A model generated the notes under the pieces. It was not told the origin of the DNA, ran no database searches, and saw only the letters and a program-made list of their open reading frames with translations. Of a stretch of 64,000 nt of DNA, positions 11,971-23,094 are shown in pieces (position 1 is the stretch's first letter; the number at the start of each line of letters is the position of its first letter). This DNA comes from Trypanosoma brucei (lineage: Eukaryota). The position numbers were made by a program, and so were the translations under genes. The stretch is from contig CH464491.1 of NCBI GenBank assembly GCA_000002445.1, positions 4,640,001 through 4,704,000 of the forward strand, in the 5' to 3' direction.

Positions 11971-13425
11971 ATGAACCGACTGCACCTAACAGCTATTTTA
12001 GTAATAAAAGCAGTCTTTGTTGGCGCTGAAGACGCCAAAGAGACAGATCTGACAACAGTCTGCCATGCAGCCATTTACTTAGCAGCACTTGAAGAACAGC
12101 TGTCGACAGAAGTAGAGGCCGCGAAAACTGATGTAACTGAACTGGACAACCAGCGCCGTAGGCTAACTTTGGCGGCCGAAATAGGAAGCGGTACCGACGC
12201 CGGCTGCTTGTTAGCGGCCGCAGCGGCGGCGGCGGCACAGCACACCAAAGAAGCATCAGAGGCAATAAATACTGCAATAAAAACCAAAGTTGAAGCCCTA
12301 AAACATCTAGCTCAATTCACAAAAACAGCGGAAGCAGCAGTAAAAATGTCAAACACAGAATTCTAAATCGGCAACAGCGCCCACAAAAAAGCGAGTGGCA
12401 CGACAACAGAACACAAGATGACACCAAAGATCAAAGCCCAATATCCATGCGTAGTTAAAAAGAGTGACAACAAATGGCAAACGGGAGGAAAAGAAATCAA
12501 GCCGAAACAAATAGCCAAATTTGTCACACCTGACAGTGAGACGATTTTAAAAAACCTAAACCCCGCGGTCATAACGGTGACCTACAATAGCGTCTGCGGC
12601 GGCGGAACAAGCTGGACGACGTGGACCGCTGCGCGAACGAGTTGCGGCATAAACGACGTCAGCAGTGTAGCCAACGGACCAACGGCCAAGCCGGCAGAAG
12701 CACCCGACGCCACGACAGGCAAACTTAAGAAACTCAAAATTTACAAAAGCGACAACCCTGAACGAGGGTGCGAGACGGAGACAAACAATGAAGGCAGCAC
12801 AAACGACGAGAAGAAAAGTCTTTACAAAATCTGCAAAGCACTAACAACTGGAATAAAAATGCCAACACCTCTAGACCTCACAGGGGCAGCTCTATCAGAA
12901 ATTCCTATAGTCAAACAAGTGGCAAAAGGCTGTCTCCGGCAATACAAAGACAAAACGGAAATGAAGCCAGCAGATAAGGAGAAGCTAACTGCATTTCTCA
13001 AAGACGCTTATACTGATTCTACAACCAAATTTGAAGCAAAGTTAAAAAAACTACTCGCGGATACAAAAATCCAAGTCTACAGGGGCGGCAAGGTACAGCC
13101 CGTTACAATCGACACTATCATCGACGACAGCGAAGAGCACGATGCATTATCCAGGCTTCGAGTAATTCGGGCCACAGCAACACTCGCATCGGACAAGAGT
13201 GTTGACACGACAAGCCAAATAGAATTAGGAAACAACGAAGGAGATAAAAAAGATGGGGATAATAAAACAAACACAGCTGATTGCACAGGCACTGAAGAAG
13301 GTAAATGTGACAAGACAAAATGCGATTGGAACGATGAGAAAAAACAGTGCAAAGTTAAAGAGGGAGCAGTTGTTATTTCTGCTGCAATCAAGGTCCTTCT
13401 TTTCCCTGCATTTTTGCTTTTCTAA
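11971..13425 (+). pseudogene. VSG: VSG pseudogene C, with an in-frame stop at 12363 that splits the N-domain.
   Basis: Signal peptide MNRLHLTAILVIKAVFVGA. ORFs 11971-12366 and 12418-13425. C-terminal domain CTGTEEGKCDKTKCDWNDEKKQCKVKEG plus GPI signal AVVISAAIKVLLFPAFLLF. Confidence 0.9.
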
Positions 13426-13464
13426 AGGAAATTTCCTCCTCATTTTTTCCACGCTGAAATTTTC

Positions 13465-13480
13465 TGATATATTTTAACAC
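13465..13480 (+). promoter_or_regulatory. Conserved VSG 3'UTR 16-mer (TGATATATTTTAACAC).
   Basis: Exact match, ~40 nt after the VSG-C stop. Confidence 0.85.
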
Positions 13481-13649
13481 TTTCTAGTAAAAATGTGAAA
13501 TTTTTCAAAATTATGAGAATTTAAAAATATGAAACTTCGACATAGTGCGCAACACTAGCATATAGGTATAAAGTATCAGAGTGATAGGATATGAAAAATG
13601 AATACTATTATAAATTTTTTACAAACTTGTTTTATTTTGTTTAGATTTG

Positions 13650-13800
<151 letters not shown>

Positions 13801-15569
13801 TGAAGGCAATGATATTGAAAACAGAATTGAAAGGTGAAATAAAAGTACTTAAAGCGATGACAAGGGTGCCATGTGGTCAGTAAGTGGTGCAGCGCCTAAG
13901 AGTAAGGCAAAGAAATGTGGACTATGCCCAGTTTCATACACAAACACGAAAATCGGCATCATCGTCATCATATACAAGGAGATGATACAGGCATATCAAG
14001 TATAGGTGGGTTCCAGTGTACACGGCACATGGAGCCTCTGCAAATAAAAAGAAGAAGCAATTCAAGTATTAGAGCTTTGAAATCACCGACTCAAAATTCA
14101 CTAAAGATGTATGTGAAGAATGCATTATTTGTGCTCAGAAAACTATCGCAGATAAGGACCAATTTGGCAGGGAGAATTCAGCTGAAAATGACACAAAAAT
14201 CGTTGAAAAGTTTTTTTTAGCTTCATAACTCCCAAGAGTAACGCAGCGACTCGGACTAAGAAGCTGATGAATGTCCCCAATATTTCATAAAGTAAAAATA
14301 GAGCCAACACTAAACTTATACAGATCTTCAACATGTGGAAATATGCATTAAATAAGCGACAAACAATCACCAATTAATATTCTATGTACCAACAGATAGT
14401 GTTAAAATAGTTAATAGTGAAACCTACACTTAGACGAGTTTGTGAAGTTATTAGAGAAAACAAAGCATTTGTTGTTCTAGGATGATGACAGGTAGAGGTT
14501 TGAAAAGCGAGTTTAAATGGAAGATTTAGGAGATTAGAAACGGTTTAACTTAGAATAATGCAGGTGAATAAAATCTAATAGTCAAAAACCATTAAAGAGC
14601 ACCCATTTGGAATTTACACTTGTTTTCATAAATGCGTTCTGTATTTATGTGTATAAAAAAGCAAAAAAACATGAAAAGTAATGGACCTAAAAAAGATTAG
14701 GTTCATTTGAAGGCAGACCGGTGTATTAAAAAAAGAAATGCACTGTATCATCAACAGAAAAGATTAGAGAGGAAAAAGCTAATGTTAGACGCCGCTTTGG
14801 GAGTGGCAATAGTGGCGGCAACAGGAAAGAACCTCGGCACGAGGCAACACTGACGAACAGTGCTGCAAACAACCGCAAATTTTTTTACGAAGCTTTGGCT
14901 CGGGAAAACACTTCTTTAGTAACGCAACTTTCTACAGAGACACGTTTTGAGGAGATAAAGAAAACACAAGACAGCAGCGTTTCGACATCCAACATGTATT
15001 TAAAATAAGTAATTTTACCAAGAAGAAAGGATCAAACCATAAAAATAGGGGTTCGGAAATGGTAATATCAACATGTTTAACTACTTAACATATAACTCAG
15101 CATAAAATTCAGAGAAAAAAGGAAATGTGAAAGGAGTAAGTCAAACCCAAATGTGTTTCGCACAGCTGCACAATGTATAGCCACTGGCGCAGTGAGCGTT
15201 TTCTAAAGAAGACCAGGCTCCGACACAAAGTTCAAGCTATAAACAAGTATCCTTCAGACAACACACGCCGATTTGTTTTATCTTCATTATCAAAATTGGT
15301 TATATAAAGCAAGAAAAAACAGGCCAAGGCGGCAACAGCAGCAGCTGACGAAAGAATCAAACAGAAATTATCAAGCACAGTCAAAGGACACCGTGGGAAA
15401 CTCAAGTTCGACCCAAACGAGTAAAGGCTTCGCAGTCAAAGGCACCAAACTGCGATCCCAACCCGGAGCCGAGGTCGAAGCAGCTGCAGTCCACAGACAG
15501 CAGAACAGAGAACGGAGCCCGGCCGTGCACAGGAAAAGCAACTCGGCAAGAAACAACCGCACGCGCACA

Positions 15570-16990
15570 ATGCAGCATAAGACCCGCAACGCTGGCACAG
15601 CACTAGCGATACTTGCGGCACTAACCCTTGCCAGCTCGGCCCAACTCCATGAGTTAACCAAAACCATCGCAAGCGCTTGCGACGCTGCAGACCACCTGCA
15701 GTGGATGATAAACCACATTGACAGAACTGTAGCTGAGCAAGAACGGCAGATTGCCGACGGCCAAAAAACACTCGCAAGGGCGACGGCAGCTGCCCTGCTG
15801 ACGGCGAACGCGGGATCGGCCCTGTGGGCTCCGCTGCTAGCGACTATAGCAGAGAAACTTGAAGCGGCGCATACGGCACTGCAGACAGCGAAAAAGGCAG
15901 CCAGAACCGTCATTCCCAATTTAGGCGAACTCAAAGGAGCAGAACAAACTGTCTACGAGCTAACAGACCTCGAACTAAGTGCCCACGCGGACCAGGCGTC
16001 GGCGACGTTCCTTGGCAGCAACGGTGTACACCTGATAGCATCACCCATAAACCGGCAGGAACCCAAGTGCACGTCGGAACTAAACAAGAGCCCGAGACAA
16101 AAGGCAGGACAACCGCGTACGCACGACGCAAAGACGACAATCGACATATATCAGGCAGAAACAATCGCAAAATCAGCAACAAAAACGACCGGCCCACGGC
16201 TCTGTTCCAAAAGCGGTGCGACTGCCAGCGATTGCGCTGACCACAATGGCGCACAGACAAACAACATGCGGATCACGGGCGGAAAAATCCTCAGATCGAA
16301 AAAGGTAACTTACGAATCAGCAAACGATGCCAGACCAGAGTTCAAGGCGGAATCAGCGCACACAACGACCAAAACCGTCCTGCCCACAACGCAATACGTA
16401 ACAGCGAAACTAGCAGGGCTTGCACCGATCGAAGACAAGCTATCAAAGCTAAACTTCAAAGCAAGCACGTTAAAAGACGTTGGGATGACGAAGGAACCAA
16501 CCTTCAAGAAAATAGCAGCAGCGATTTACTTACCCGATGTAAGCCCAAGCGAGCTTCAAAGCAAAGACCAGGACTTAACTCAACTGGTCGAAAAACATTA
16601 TGGCAACGAACAAGGCACATTCGACAACAAAGTGTGGGGCACCTTAGCTACACTAGGGATCCCAAAGGCCGCATTGCTGGCAACAGACGACCAGAAGGTA
16701 GGATCCACAGACAACCTGGCACAGCTACAAGCAGCCGTGGCTTATTCCATTATTCGGCTAACAAAATCTAAAACTGACAAGCCCTCAGGCACGACCAACA
16801 ATAAAGAGGAGGAAAATGGTAACAAAGCAGATGCATCAGCAGACAAAACAGGAGATAAGTCAGACGGGAATTAAAAAGATGAGGTTTGCACAGGCACTGA
16901 AGAAAAAGATTGTGACACGAAAAAGTGTGATTGGAATAAGTAAAAGAAAGAGTGTAAAGTTAAATGGGGGCAGAAGTTACCTCTTATGTG
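15570..16990 (+). pseudogene. VSG: VSG pseudogene D. It has an intact ~435-codon N-terminal domain ORF, a frameshift entering the C-terminal domain, and a 3' end truncated by ingi copy 1.
   Basis: Signal peptide MQHKTRNAGTALAILAALTLASSAQ. The ORF runs to 16874. A +1 frame then reads CTGTEEKDCDTKKCDWNK..KECKVKW directly into the ingi 5' end at 16991. The ORF-track start at 15273 is an upstream read-through, not a real start. Confidence 0.9.
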
Positions 16991-16998
16991 CCCTGGCG

Positions 16999-17814
16999 AT
17001 GCCGGCCACCTCAACGTGGTTCCAGGGTCCAGTACCCCGTATCATCGGGGGAAGCCAAGAGCCAGCAGCGTTCCTTTCATGGGGAACACTGCTTTGCTCC
17101 GGCTACAGCATCATACAGCACAAGGATCAGCAGCGTCTTGCTGGGACACCGTTTTTCATTTGTCGGTCCCTGGGCACGCGCCAGCGTACCATCAGCAGTA
17201 TCATCCGCACTAAGATGCTGCTGTCCGGTGATGTGGAAGAGAATCCCGGCCCGTCGTTGCGCGGGATGCAGTGGAACTGCGCCGGGCTATCTCAAGGAAA
17301 GAGATTAGCACTCCACAAAACCCTTGTTGATGAGCGGATCGCCTTTTGTCTGTTGAGCGAGACAAGGATGACGCCTGGAGAGGCGGCTTGCTTTAGCGTT
17401 GCTGGCTACCAACATCACGAAATAGCTCGTAACTGCAAAGGAGGTGGTGTATCAATACTAGTGAGGGAGGACCTACCAGTCGAGACCGGTATGGCCGTTG
17501 TTGGTCGCATTGAACAAGTGCATGCAACAATTCACCTTGCACGTGGAACGGCGCTGACTGTCACGTCGGCATACATCACACCAAAACACACCTTCACGGC
17601 AAATGACTTAGATACGCTTCTGACGACTGACGGTGCCCAGCTCTCATCGGTGCAGACGCTAACGCACACGCGTTGGCATGGGATCGCGCGAACCCACCAA
17701 ATACCAAGGGTGAAACCCTCACACAGTGGTGCATTGACAACCAGTTTCTGGTCTGCAACACTGGTGAGTGCACCATTTACACACGCCACCACGGGGAGTC
17801 CACCCCTGATGTGA
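16999..17814 (+). CDS. ingi pol segment 1: APE endonuclease domain with 2A-like LLSGDVEENPGP.
   Basis: MPATSTWFQGPVPRIIGG…TDGAQL. The frame is broken relative to the downstream RT ORF. Confidence 0.85.
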   Translation: MPATSTWFQGPVPRIIGGSQEPAAFLSWGTLLCSGYSIIQHKDQQRLAGTPFFICRSLGTRQRTISSIIRTKMLLSGDVEENPGPSLRGMQWNCAGLSQGKRLALHKTLVDERIAFCLLSETRMTPGEAACFSVAGYQHHEIARNCKGGGVSILVREDLPVETGMAVVGRIEQVHATIHLARGTALTVTSAYITPKHTFTANDLDTLLTTDGAQLSSVQTLTHTRWHGIARTHQIPRVKPSHSGALTTSFWSATLVSAPFTHATTGSPPLM

Positions 17815-19898
17815 CACTGTCAAGGAATTGTACAGTGTACACGTGGACATCGCTGTATTCTCCCGATAGCGATCACCATCACATATTTTTCGAGGTTATC
17901 GTTGGAGACGACACAGATGCACTGAGTTGCCCGCGGCTTCGAAAGCCCATGTGCGCATGGCTAAAAGCTAACTGGAGGAATTTCCGTCTCAAGGTTGACG
18001 AGCTCTGCAGGAAAATTGGTAGAGAGAAGAACGTCAACACCCTGGAACAGAAATTGAGCTCCGCCATCCGCATTGCGACGAAGGTCTCCGTCCCCCGTGG
18101 CTGCAACGCAACGCCACCACATTGGACACCTACGCTCGCGAAACTCGATGAAGAGATCGCTGGATGCGGACCCTCCCACCGAAGGGAAAAGTTGGTAACC
18201 ACGCGTAAGCAGATCCTGGACCGTACCACAAAGAAGAGATGGAGCACGCTATGCTCCAGACTTGCGGTGTCAGACCGCTGCAGTTGCCACATTGTCAAGA
18301 AGGTATATGCGGCACGACCACTAACCACACCGGCTGTACTTGTTGATAACGCGGCCATCACGGACTACCGTCAAGCTGAGAGGTTCATTAAACTGTACTC
18401 GTCCCGCGCAAGAAGGCACCCCGACTCACACCCACCGGCACCAATAAAGACGATAGCGAGTGAGTTCAGTCTCATCACGATGGCTGAACTACGGAGATCG
18501 ATCAAACTGCTACCGAGTGGATCCGCAGCCGGACCTGATTGCTTATACAACGAGGCACTGCAACACCTCGGTAGAACAGCGCTGAATGTTGTTCTGAGGC
18601 TATTCAATGAGAGCCTACGAACGGGAGTCGTGCCGTCTGCATGGAAGACTGGTGTTATCATCCCCATCCTGAATGCCGGAAAAAAGGCGGAGGACCTCGA
18701 TTCTTACAGGCCTGTAACGCCCACGAGCTGTCTCTGCAAAGTCATGGAGCGCATAATTGCCGCGAGGCTTAGAGACACTGTTGAGTCCCAGCTGACGACG
18801 CAGCAATCAGGCTTTTGCCACGGATGCTCAACGCTCGAACAACTCCTGCACATCCGCGCTGCCCTCTGCCGTCCCACGCACCAATATCGTACGGGTGCTG
18901 TATTCGTTGACTACGTGAAGGCATTTGATACAGTAGACCACGACAAAATTGCGAGGGAAATGCACAGAATGAAGGTATCACCCCACATTGTGAAGTGGTG
19001 CGTATCATTTCTGAGTAACCGAACTGGCAGAGTGAGATTCAAGGAGAAGCTTTCCAGCAGCAGAACATTTGAGCGAGGAGTGCCACAAGGAACTGTACTT
19101 GGCCCAATCATGTTCATTATTGTCATGAACTCGTTGAGCCAGCGCCTTGCAGAAGTGCCGTTACTGCAGCACGGATTCTTTGCAGACGACCTGACGCTAC
19201 TTGCGAGGCACACAGAGAGGGATATCATCAACCACACACTGCAATGCGGTCTAAACGTGGTGTTACAGTGGTCAAAAGAGTACTTCATGTCTGTCAACGT
19301 AGCGAAAACAAAGTGCACACTCTTCGGGTGTACAGAGCGCTATCACCTTACATTACAACTGGACGGCGAAAGAATAGGAGCTGACAGGACACCGAAGCTT
19401 CTAGGAATAACATTCCAGTGTCTGCAGGGGGTGGCAACACATGCGGCCGAAACGAGATGCAAGATGGACTTCAGACTACTGCAGATAGCAGCCATCTCAG
19501 CTTCTACATGGGGGCCAAGACGACAAGTGTTGAGAGCTTTTCATCTGGAACTCGTACAGGCACACACCATGTATGGCATTGAGGTATGGTACTGGGACGC
19601 TTCGAAACGAAGTCGCGACCTCCTTGCATCAGCACAAAACAAAGCCAGTCGCATCATAGCCGGCATACCGCATGGGACGCGCAAAGAGGACTCTCTGCTG
19701 GAAGCAAACCTCCTGCCACTCAAGACGACCACTCTTGTGCGCAGCATGAAATTCATGCTGATGTGTGATTCACGAGGCGGATGTTTGCGCTGCAGTGGTG
19801 AAGAAGTATACCACAGCAAACATCCAGTCAGAGTCTTACATTCCCGCATCATGCTGTCCTACCCCACCTCCACATTGAGCCACGCGAGCACCCACTAG
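17673..19898 (+). CDS. ingi pol segment 2: reverse transcriptase (741 aa).
   Basis: RT motifs including GFFADDLTLLARHTE. Confidence 0.85.
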   Translation: MAWDRANPPNTKGETLTQWCIDNQFLVCNTGECTIYTRHHGESTPDVTLSRNCTVYTWTSLYSPDSDHHHIFFEVIVGDDTDALSCPRLRKPMCAWLKANWRNFRLKVDELCRKIGREKNVNTLEQKLSSAIRIATKVSVPRGCNATPPHWTPTLAKLDEEIAGCGPSHRREKLVTTRKQILDRTTKKRWSTLCSRLAVSDRCSCHIVKKVYAARPLTTPAVLVDNAAITDYRQAERFIKLYSSRARRHPDSHPPAPIKTIASEFSLITMAELRRSIKLLPSGSAAGPDCLYNEALQHLGRTALNVVLRLFNESLRTGVVPSAWKTGVIIPILNAGKKAEDLDSYRPVTPTSCLCKVMERIIAARLRDTVESQLTTQQSGFCHGCSTLEQLLHIRAALCRPTHQYRTGAVFVDYVKAFDTVDHDKIAREMHRMKVSPHIVKWCVSFLSNRTGRVRFKEKLSSSRTFERGVPQGTVLGPIMFIIVMNSLSQRLAEVPLLQHGFFADDLTLLARHTERDIINHTLQCGLNVVLQWSKEYFMSVNVAKTKCTLFGCTERYHLTLQLDGERIGADRTPKLLGITFQCLQGVATHAAETRCKMDFRLLQIAAISASTWGPRRQVLRAFHLELVQAHTMYGIEVWYWDASKRSRDLLASAQNKASRIIAGIPHGTRKEDSLLEANLLPLKTTTLVRSMKFMLMCDSRGGCLRCSGEEVYHSKHPVRVLHSRIMLSYPTSTLSHASTH

Positions 19899-20080
19899 AG
19901 ACATCGACGCTCCGCCACAGCTGCTGACCACAATTTCACACGCAGATAAAGCCTGTGTGCGCTGATGACCCTGACAATGTCAAAAGGGAGGCTTCCGAAA
20001 AGTGGATTAAACGGCATTTTGCACGGAGGGGGAAGGAGTCACCGCGACGAGAGCACTACGAATTTTGAACTGATGAATCC

Positions 20081-21973
20081 GTGTCCCTCGGTGAGAAGTC
20101 CGGGGCAGCTGCCCTGCTCTATAGAAACAACACGCTGATTTGTGCACCCAAAACCGGAGCAGGGGAACTCTCATGCAGTTACAGAGCGGAATGCGTAGCA
20201 TTAGAGATAGGACTGCAACGGCTGCTGAAATGGCTTGCGGCATACAGAAGCACACCGAGCAGGTTGTCCATCTTCTCTGACTCGCTGTCAATGTTAACAG
20301 CACTGCAGACAGGCTCTCTAGCCGTAACGGACACAATTCTGAGACGACTATGGAGGCTTCTGCTTCAAGTTCAGAGAAGGAAGATACGTATCCGACTGCA
20401 ATTTGTGTTTGGCCATTGTGGAGTGAAACGGAATGAGGTTTGTGACGAAATGGCGAAAAAGGCCGCTGATTTACCACAGTTGCGAGTCACATGGATCCCC
20501 GACATCATTGCTTATGCGAAGCGAGTGCTTAGGTCGGAAGAAGTCCATGAGAACACTCATAGGTTTGGTATAACGGGAAACCACTTTCCAACAAAACATA
20601 AAGAAGAACTGACGAGGGAAGAAGAAACGGGACTGGAACGCTTTCGGGTTGGGTCTTCAAGACACTATGGATGGATGTTGCGAAAGATCAACCCGAGTGT
20701 GCCTCCACAGTGCCGATGGTGTAACCCGCAACATGCAGCGATCGGGCCAACAATACAAACAGCCTCAACTGTTGCGACACGTACTCTTCAGAGAACCTCC
20801 GAACCGACCAAATGTACGGAATGTGATGCCACATACCAATGCCGCTCGAGTGCTGTAACGCACATGGTAAACAAACATGGCTTTGTGCGAGCTGATGCCC
20901 TCCGGAGGATCAAATACGGCGATGCAACACCTGCAGTGGACATCCCCCCGGAGCCCCCTCCAGTGGTGGCGATTGTTCCTCTACCATCGAGCACACGAGT
21001 CCCAATGAGAGCACATGTGCTTCATTGTACCCTCTGTGCCTCCAAATTCGCAGTGCCAGGCCGACTACTACACCACCTTCAAACAATACATGGCATAGGC
21101 AGCGGTAGTTGCCGCGTGGAAAGGGGGCGAGAAAACGAAGACTCAGTGCAAGGAGATGGTAGAGCCCCAGCAGCGCCAGCCTCTCAGGATACACGGAAGC
21201 TGCCGTTTCAATGTGACCTGTGCGAGGCGAGCATTGGTACACGCTCTTCCCTGTCACTACACAAGAAATTCAAACATAAGAGCATAGTGACGGAGGACGG
21301 TACCGTGGTGGTGGTGCAATTCCCTCGTAAGCGTGCCCGTGAGGGAAACGTTGACGTCCCGGGGAAAGGCGAGGTGCAGTGTGGTGTGTGCCAAAAAGTG
21401 CTCAGTTGCAGGGACTCCCTCATCCGACACTGTAAGGCTTTCCACAAAGGTGAGGGAATCGAGCTTAAATGCAGCAAAAGCATGAAATTGTGTGCCACTG
21501 ATTCCCCGCATACAAACACATCCATGTTGGTGTGCCCGACATGCGGAAGTCAGTGTGCTAGCAAAACTGGCCTCACCCTACATCAAAAGAAGATGCACGA
21601 TATGAAGGTAGAGCACGCTGTTACCAGCCAACGCGGCGACTGCGAAGAAACGTCACTGCACTTGATGAGCTGTCCCGGTTTGAAGGAGTTACGTGTCAGG
21701 TTTGCGGTAGAAAGTGTGTGTGTGCAGGATGTATGTTTCTTTAAAAGGCTGGCGCAGTTTCTCATTGCGGTTGAACGGAGCAGGCCGCAGGTGAAGTCTT
21801 CCCCTAATGTAACAGTCATACAACCCACTCTCCCTTCTGCAACTTCCCCCCTTATTGCTGAGAGTGGAGCTAGCAGGAAAAGCACTGGACGCAGGAATAG
21901 TCCAGACACCCTCAGAGACAGAGAGGGTATGCAGTCAACAAGCAACAGAAACAGAAAGAGGGGAAGAGAATAA
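20081..21973 (+). CDS. ingi pol segment 3: RNase H plus five C2H2-type zinc fingers (630 aa).
   Basis: RNase H region WTDGSV / AECVALEIGL / FSDSLS / GHCGVKRNEVCDEMAKKA. Zinc fingers include CTECDATYQCRSSAVTHMVNKHG, CTLCASKFAVPGRLLHHLQTIHG, CDLCEASIGTRSSLSLHKKFKHK, CGVCQKVLSCRDSLIRHCKAFHKG and CPTCGSQCASKTGLTLHQKKMH. Confidence 0.85.
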   Translation: MSLGEKSGAAALLYRNNTLICAPKTGAGELSCSYRAECVALEIGLQRLLKWLAAYRSTPSRLSIFSDSLSMLTALQTGSLAVTDTILRRLWRLLLQVQRRKIRIRLQFVFGHCGVKRNEVCDEMAKKAADLPQLRVTWIPDIIAYAKRVLRSEEVHENTHRFGITGNHFPTKHKEELTREEETGLERFRVGSSRHYGWMLRKINPSVPPQCRWCNPQHAAIGPTIQTASTVATRTLQRTSEPTKCTECDATYQCRSSAVTHMVNKHGFVRADALRRIKYGDATPAVDIPPEPPPVVAIVPLPSSTRVPMRAHVLHCTLCASKFAVPGRLLHHLQTIHGIGSGSCRVERGRENEDSVQGDGRAPAAPASQDTRKLPFQCDLCEASIGTRSSLSLHKKFKHKSIVTEDGTVVVVQFPRKRAREGNVDVPGKGEVQCGVCQKVLSCRDSLIRHCKAFHKGEGIELKCSKSMKLCATDSPHTNTSMLVCPTCGSQCASKTGLTLHQKKMHDMKVEHAVTSQRGDCEETSLHLMSCPGLKELRVRFAVESVCVQDVCFFKRLAQFLIAVERSRPQVKSSPNVTVIQPTLPSATSPLIAESGASRKSTGRRNSPDTLRDREGMQSTSNRNRKRGRE

Positions 21974-22727
21974 TAAACGAATAACAAAAATCAAAACAAA
22001 AGGATTGCTAATTGACATCTTTTAGAGAGTCTGGGGTGGGGGCTTCTCGCCCCATCTGCTGTATTCCGTTCAACTGCGGAAAAACAACAAAAATTATAGA
22101 GAGTGTGTTAGGCTGAATAAAAAAGGGAGACTCTGCCACAGTCGCCAGACCGATAGCATCTCAGGGCTCTACAGTGATGGCTGATGCCCGAGCCTGTGGG
22201 GGGAAACTCCCACGAAGGCACGAAGAAAAATTTTTAAAAAATGTTCTTCTATTGAAAGAAAATCTGCATTCACACTATGCAAGGTTACTTTCTTGTTTAA
22301 GCGTTTGACATCAGGATTCATGAGCAGAATAAAAACCACAGTTGCTACAATCTCTCTACTTGTACAAATTTTTTTTTGAGTATAATATGGAGAATCTGTG
22401 GTTGCTCCTTCGTCTTCCTGTGGGGCCGTGAATACAGTTGATTTGTTTTGTTCCTGTGTAGAGCACTATCATAGCACATAACGTAAAACGTTTAGTAGCC
22501 ATGTACACAGCACTAAATCTCTCCATCTCTTTCCACTCCATCATCTCCCGTGCATTTTCAATTCATTTTTTAAAATTAAAACTAACCATGTTTTATCTAC
22601 ATTTCTTTCTCTCTCCCCTTTAATAATATTCTTCGTGCTCTCTCTCACACCCCCTCTTATTTCCATTGCACAAAAATATCGCTTTAAGTGCTTCTATTAT
22701 TCTAGTCCATTTATTCTTCAACACTGT

Positions 22728-22832
22728 TCTTATTATAATATTCGTATATATATACACTCACAACACTCCCCTATTATTATTATTATTATTATCATTATTA
22801 TTACTTCTGTTATTATTATTAGCATTTTAACC
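22728..22832 (-). repeat. 70-bp repeat, reverse orientation.
   Basis: CTTATTATAATATTCGTATATATATACACTCACAACACTCCCCTATTATTATT…, the reverse complement of the 70-bp core plus a TAA run. It lies ~265 bp downstream of minus-strand VSG-E. Confidence 0.85.
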
Positions 22833-23094
22833 CTAACTAATGTTCATAAAATAAACCAAAAAAAATCAGTATAACACCCATTTTTCATACCTATAATCTT
22901 ACTACTTTACACACGGGTTACTTTCATACAAAACTTTTTCATATTTTTACATTTTCACTAATCTGTGCATTATCGCCAAAAAGTGTCAAAGCATATCAAA
23001 TTTTCTCAAAGTAGCAAAGTTTCATAAATTTCACAAAACTGAGAAAAAAGTTTATAATGATAGAATTCTACCAAATACATAAAGAAAGAAGCTA

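Larger units (their letters stand above)
16991..22231 (+). mobile_element. ingi retrotransposon, copy 1, full length (~5.24 kb).
   Basis: 5' terminus CCCTGGCGATGCCGGCCACCTCAACGTGG at 16991. Three co-linear pol ORFs. The 3' RIME-half (…AAAAGGATTGCTAATTGACATC…GGCACGAAGAAAAA) ends in a short A-tract at ~22231. Confidence 0.97.

Noticed and set aside
15273-15569. The 5' extension of the VSG-D ORF (MFYLHYQNWLYKARKNRPRRQQQQ…) upstream of the signal peptide.
   Set aside because: It is a low-complexity, basic, in-frame read-through of the upstream spacer. The real start is the Met at 15570, which begins a typical VSG signal peptide (MQHKTRNAGTALAILAALTLASSAQ).
22246-22700. Searched the 3' flank of ingi copy 1 for the missing C-terminal end of VSG-D or a VSG 5' fragment, which would be expected after a simple insertion.
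   Set aside because: No cysteine-rich C-terminal domain, GPI signal, 16-mer or signal peptide was found in any frame. The region looks like the ordinary post-70-bp-repeat spacer of a minus-strand cassette, which is why a rearrangement is inferred instead.
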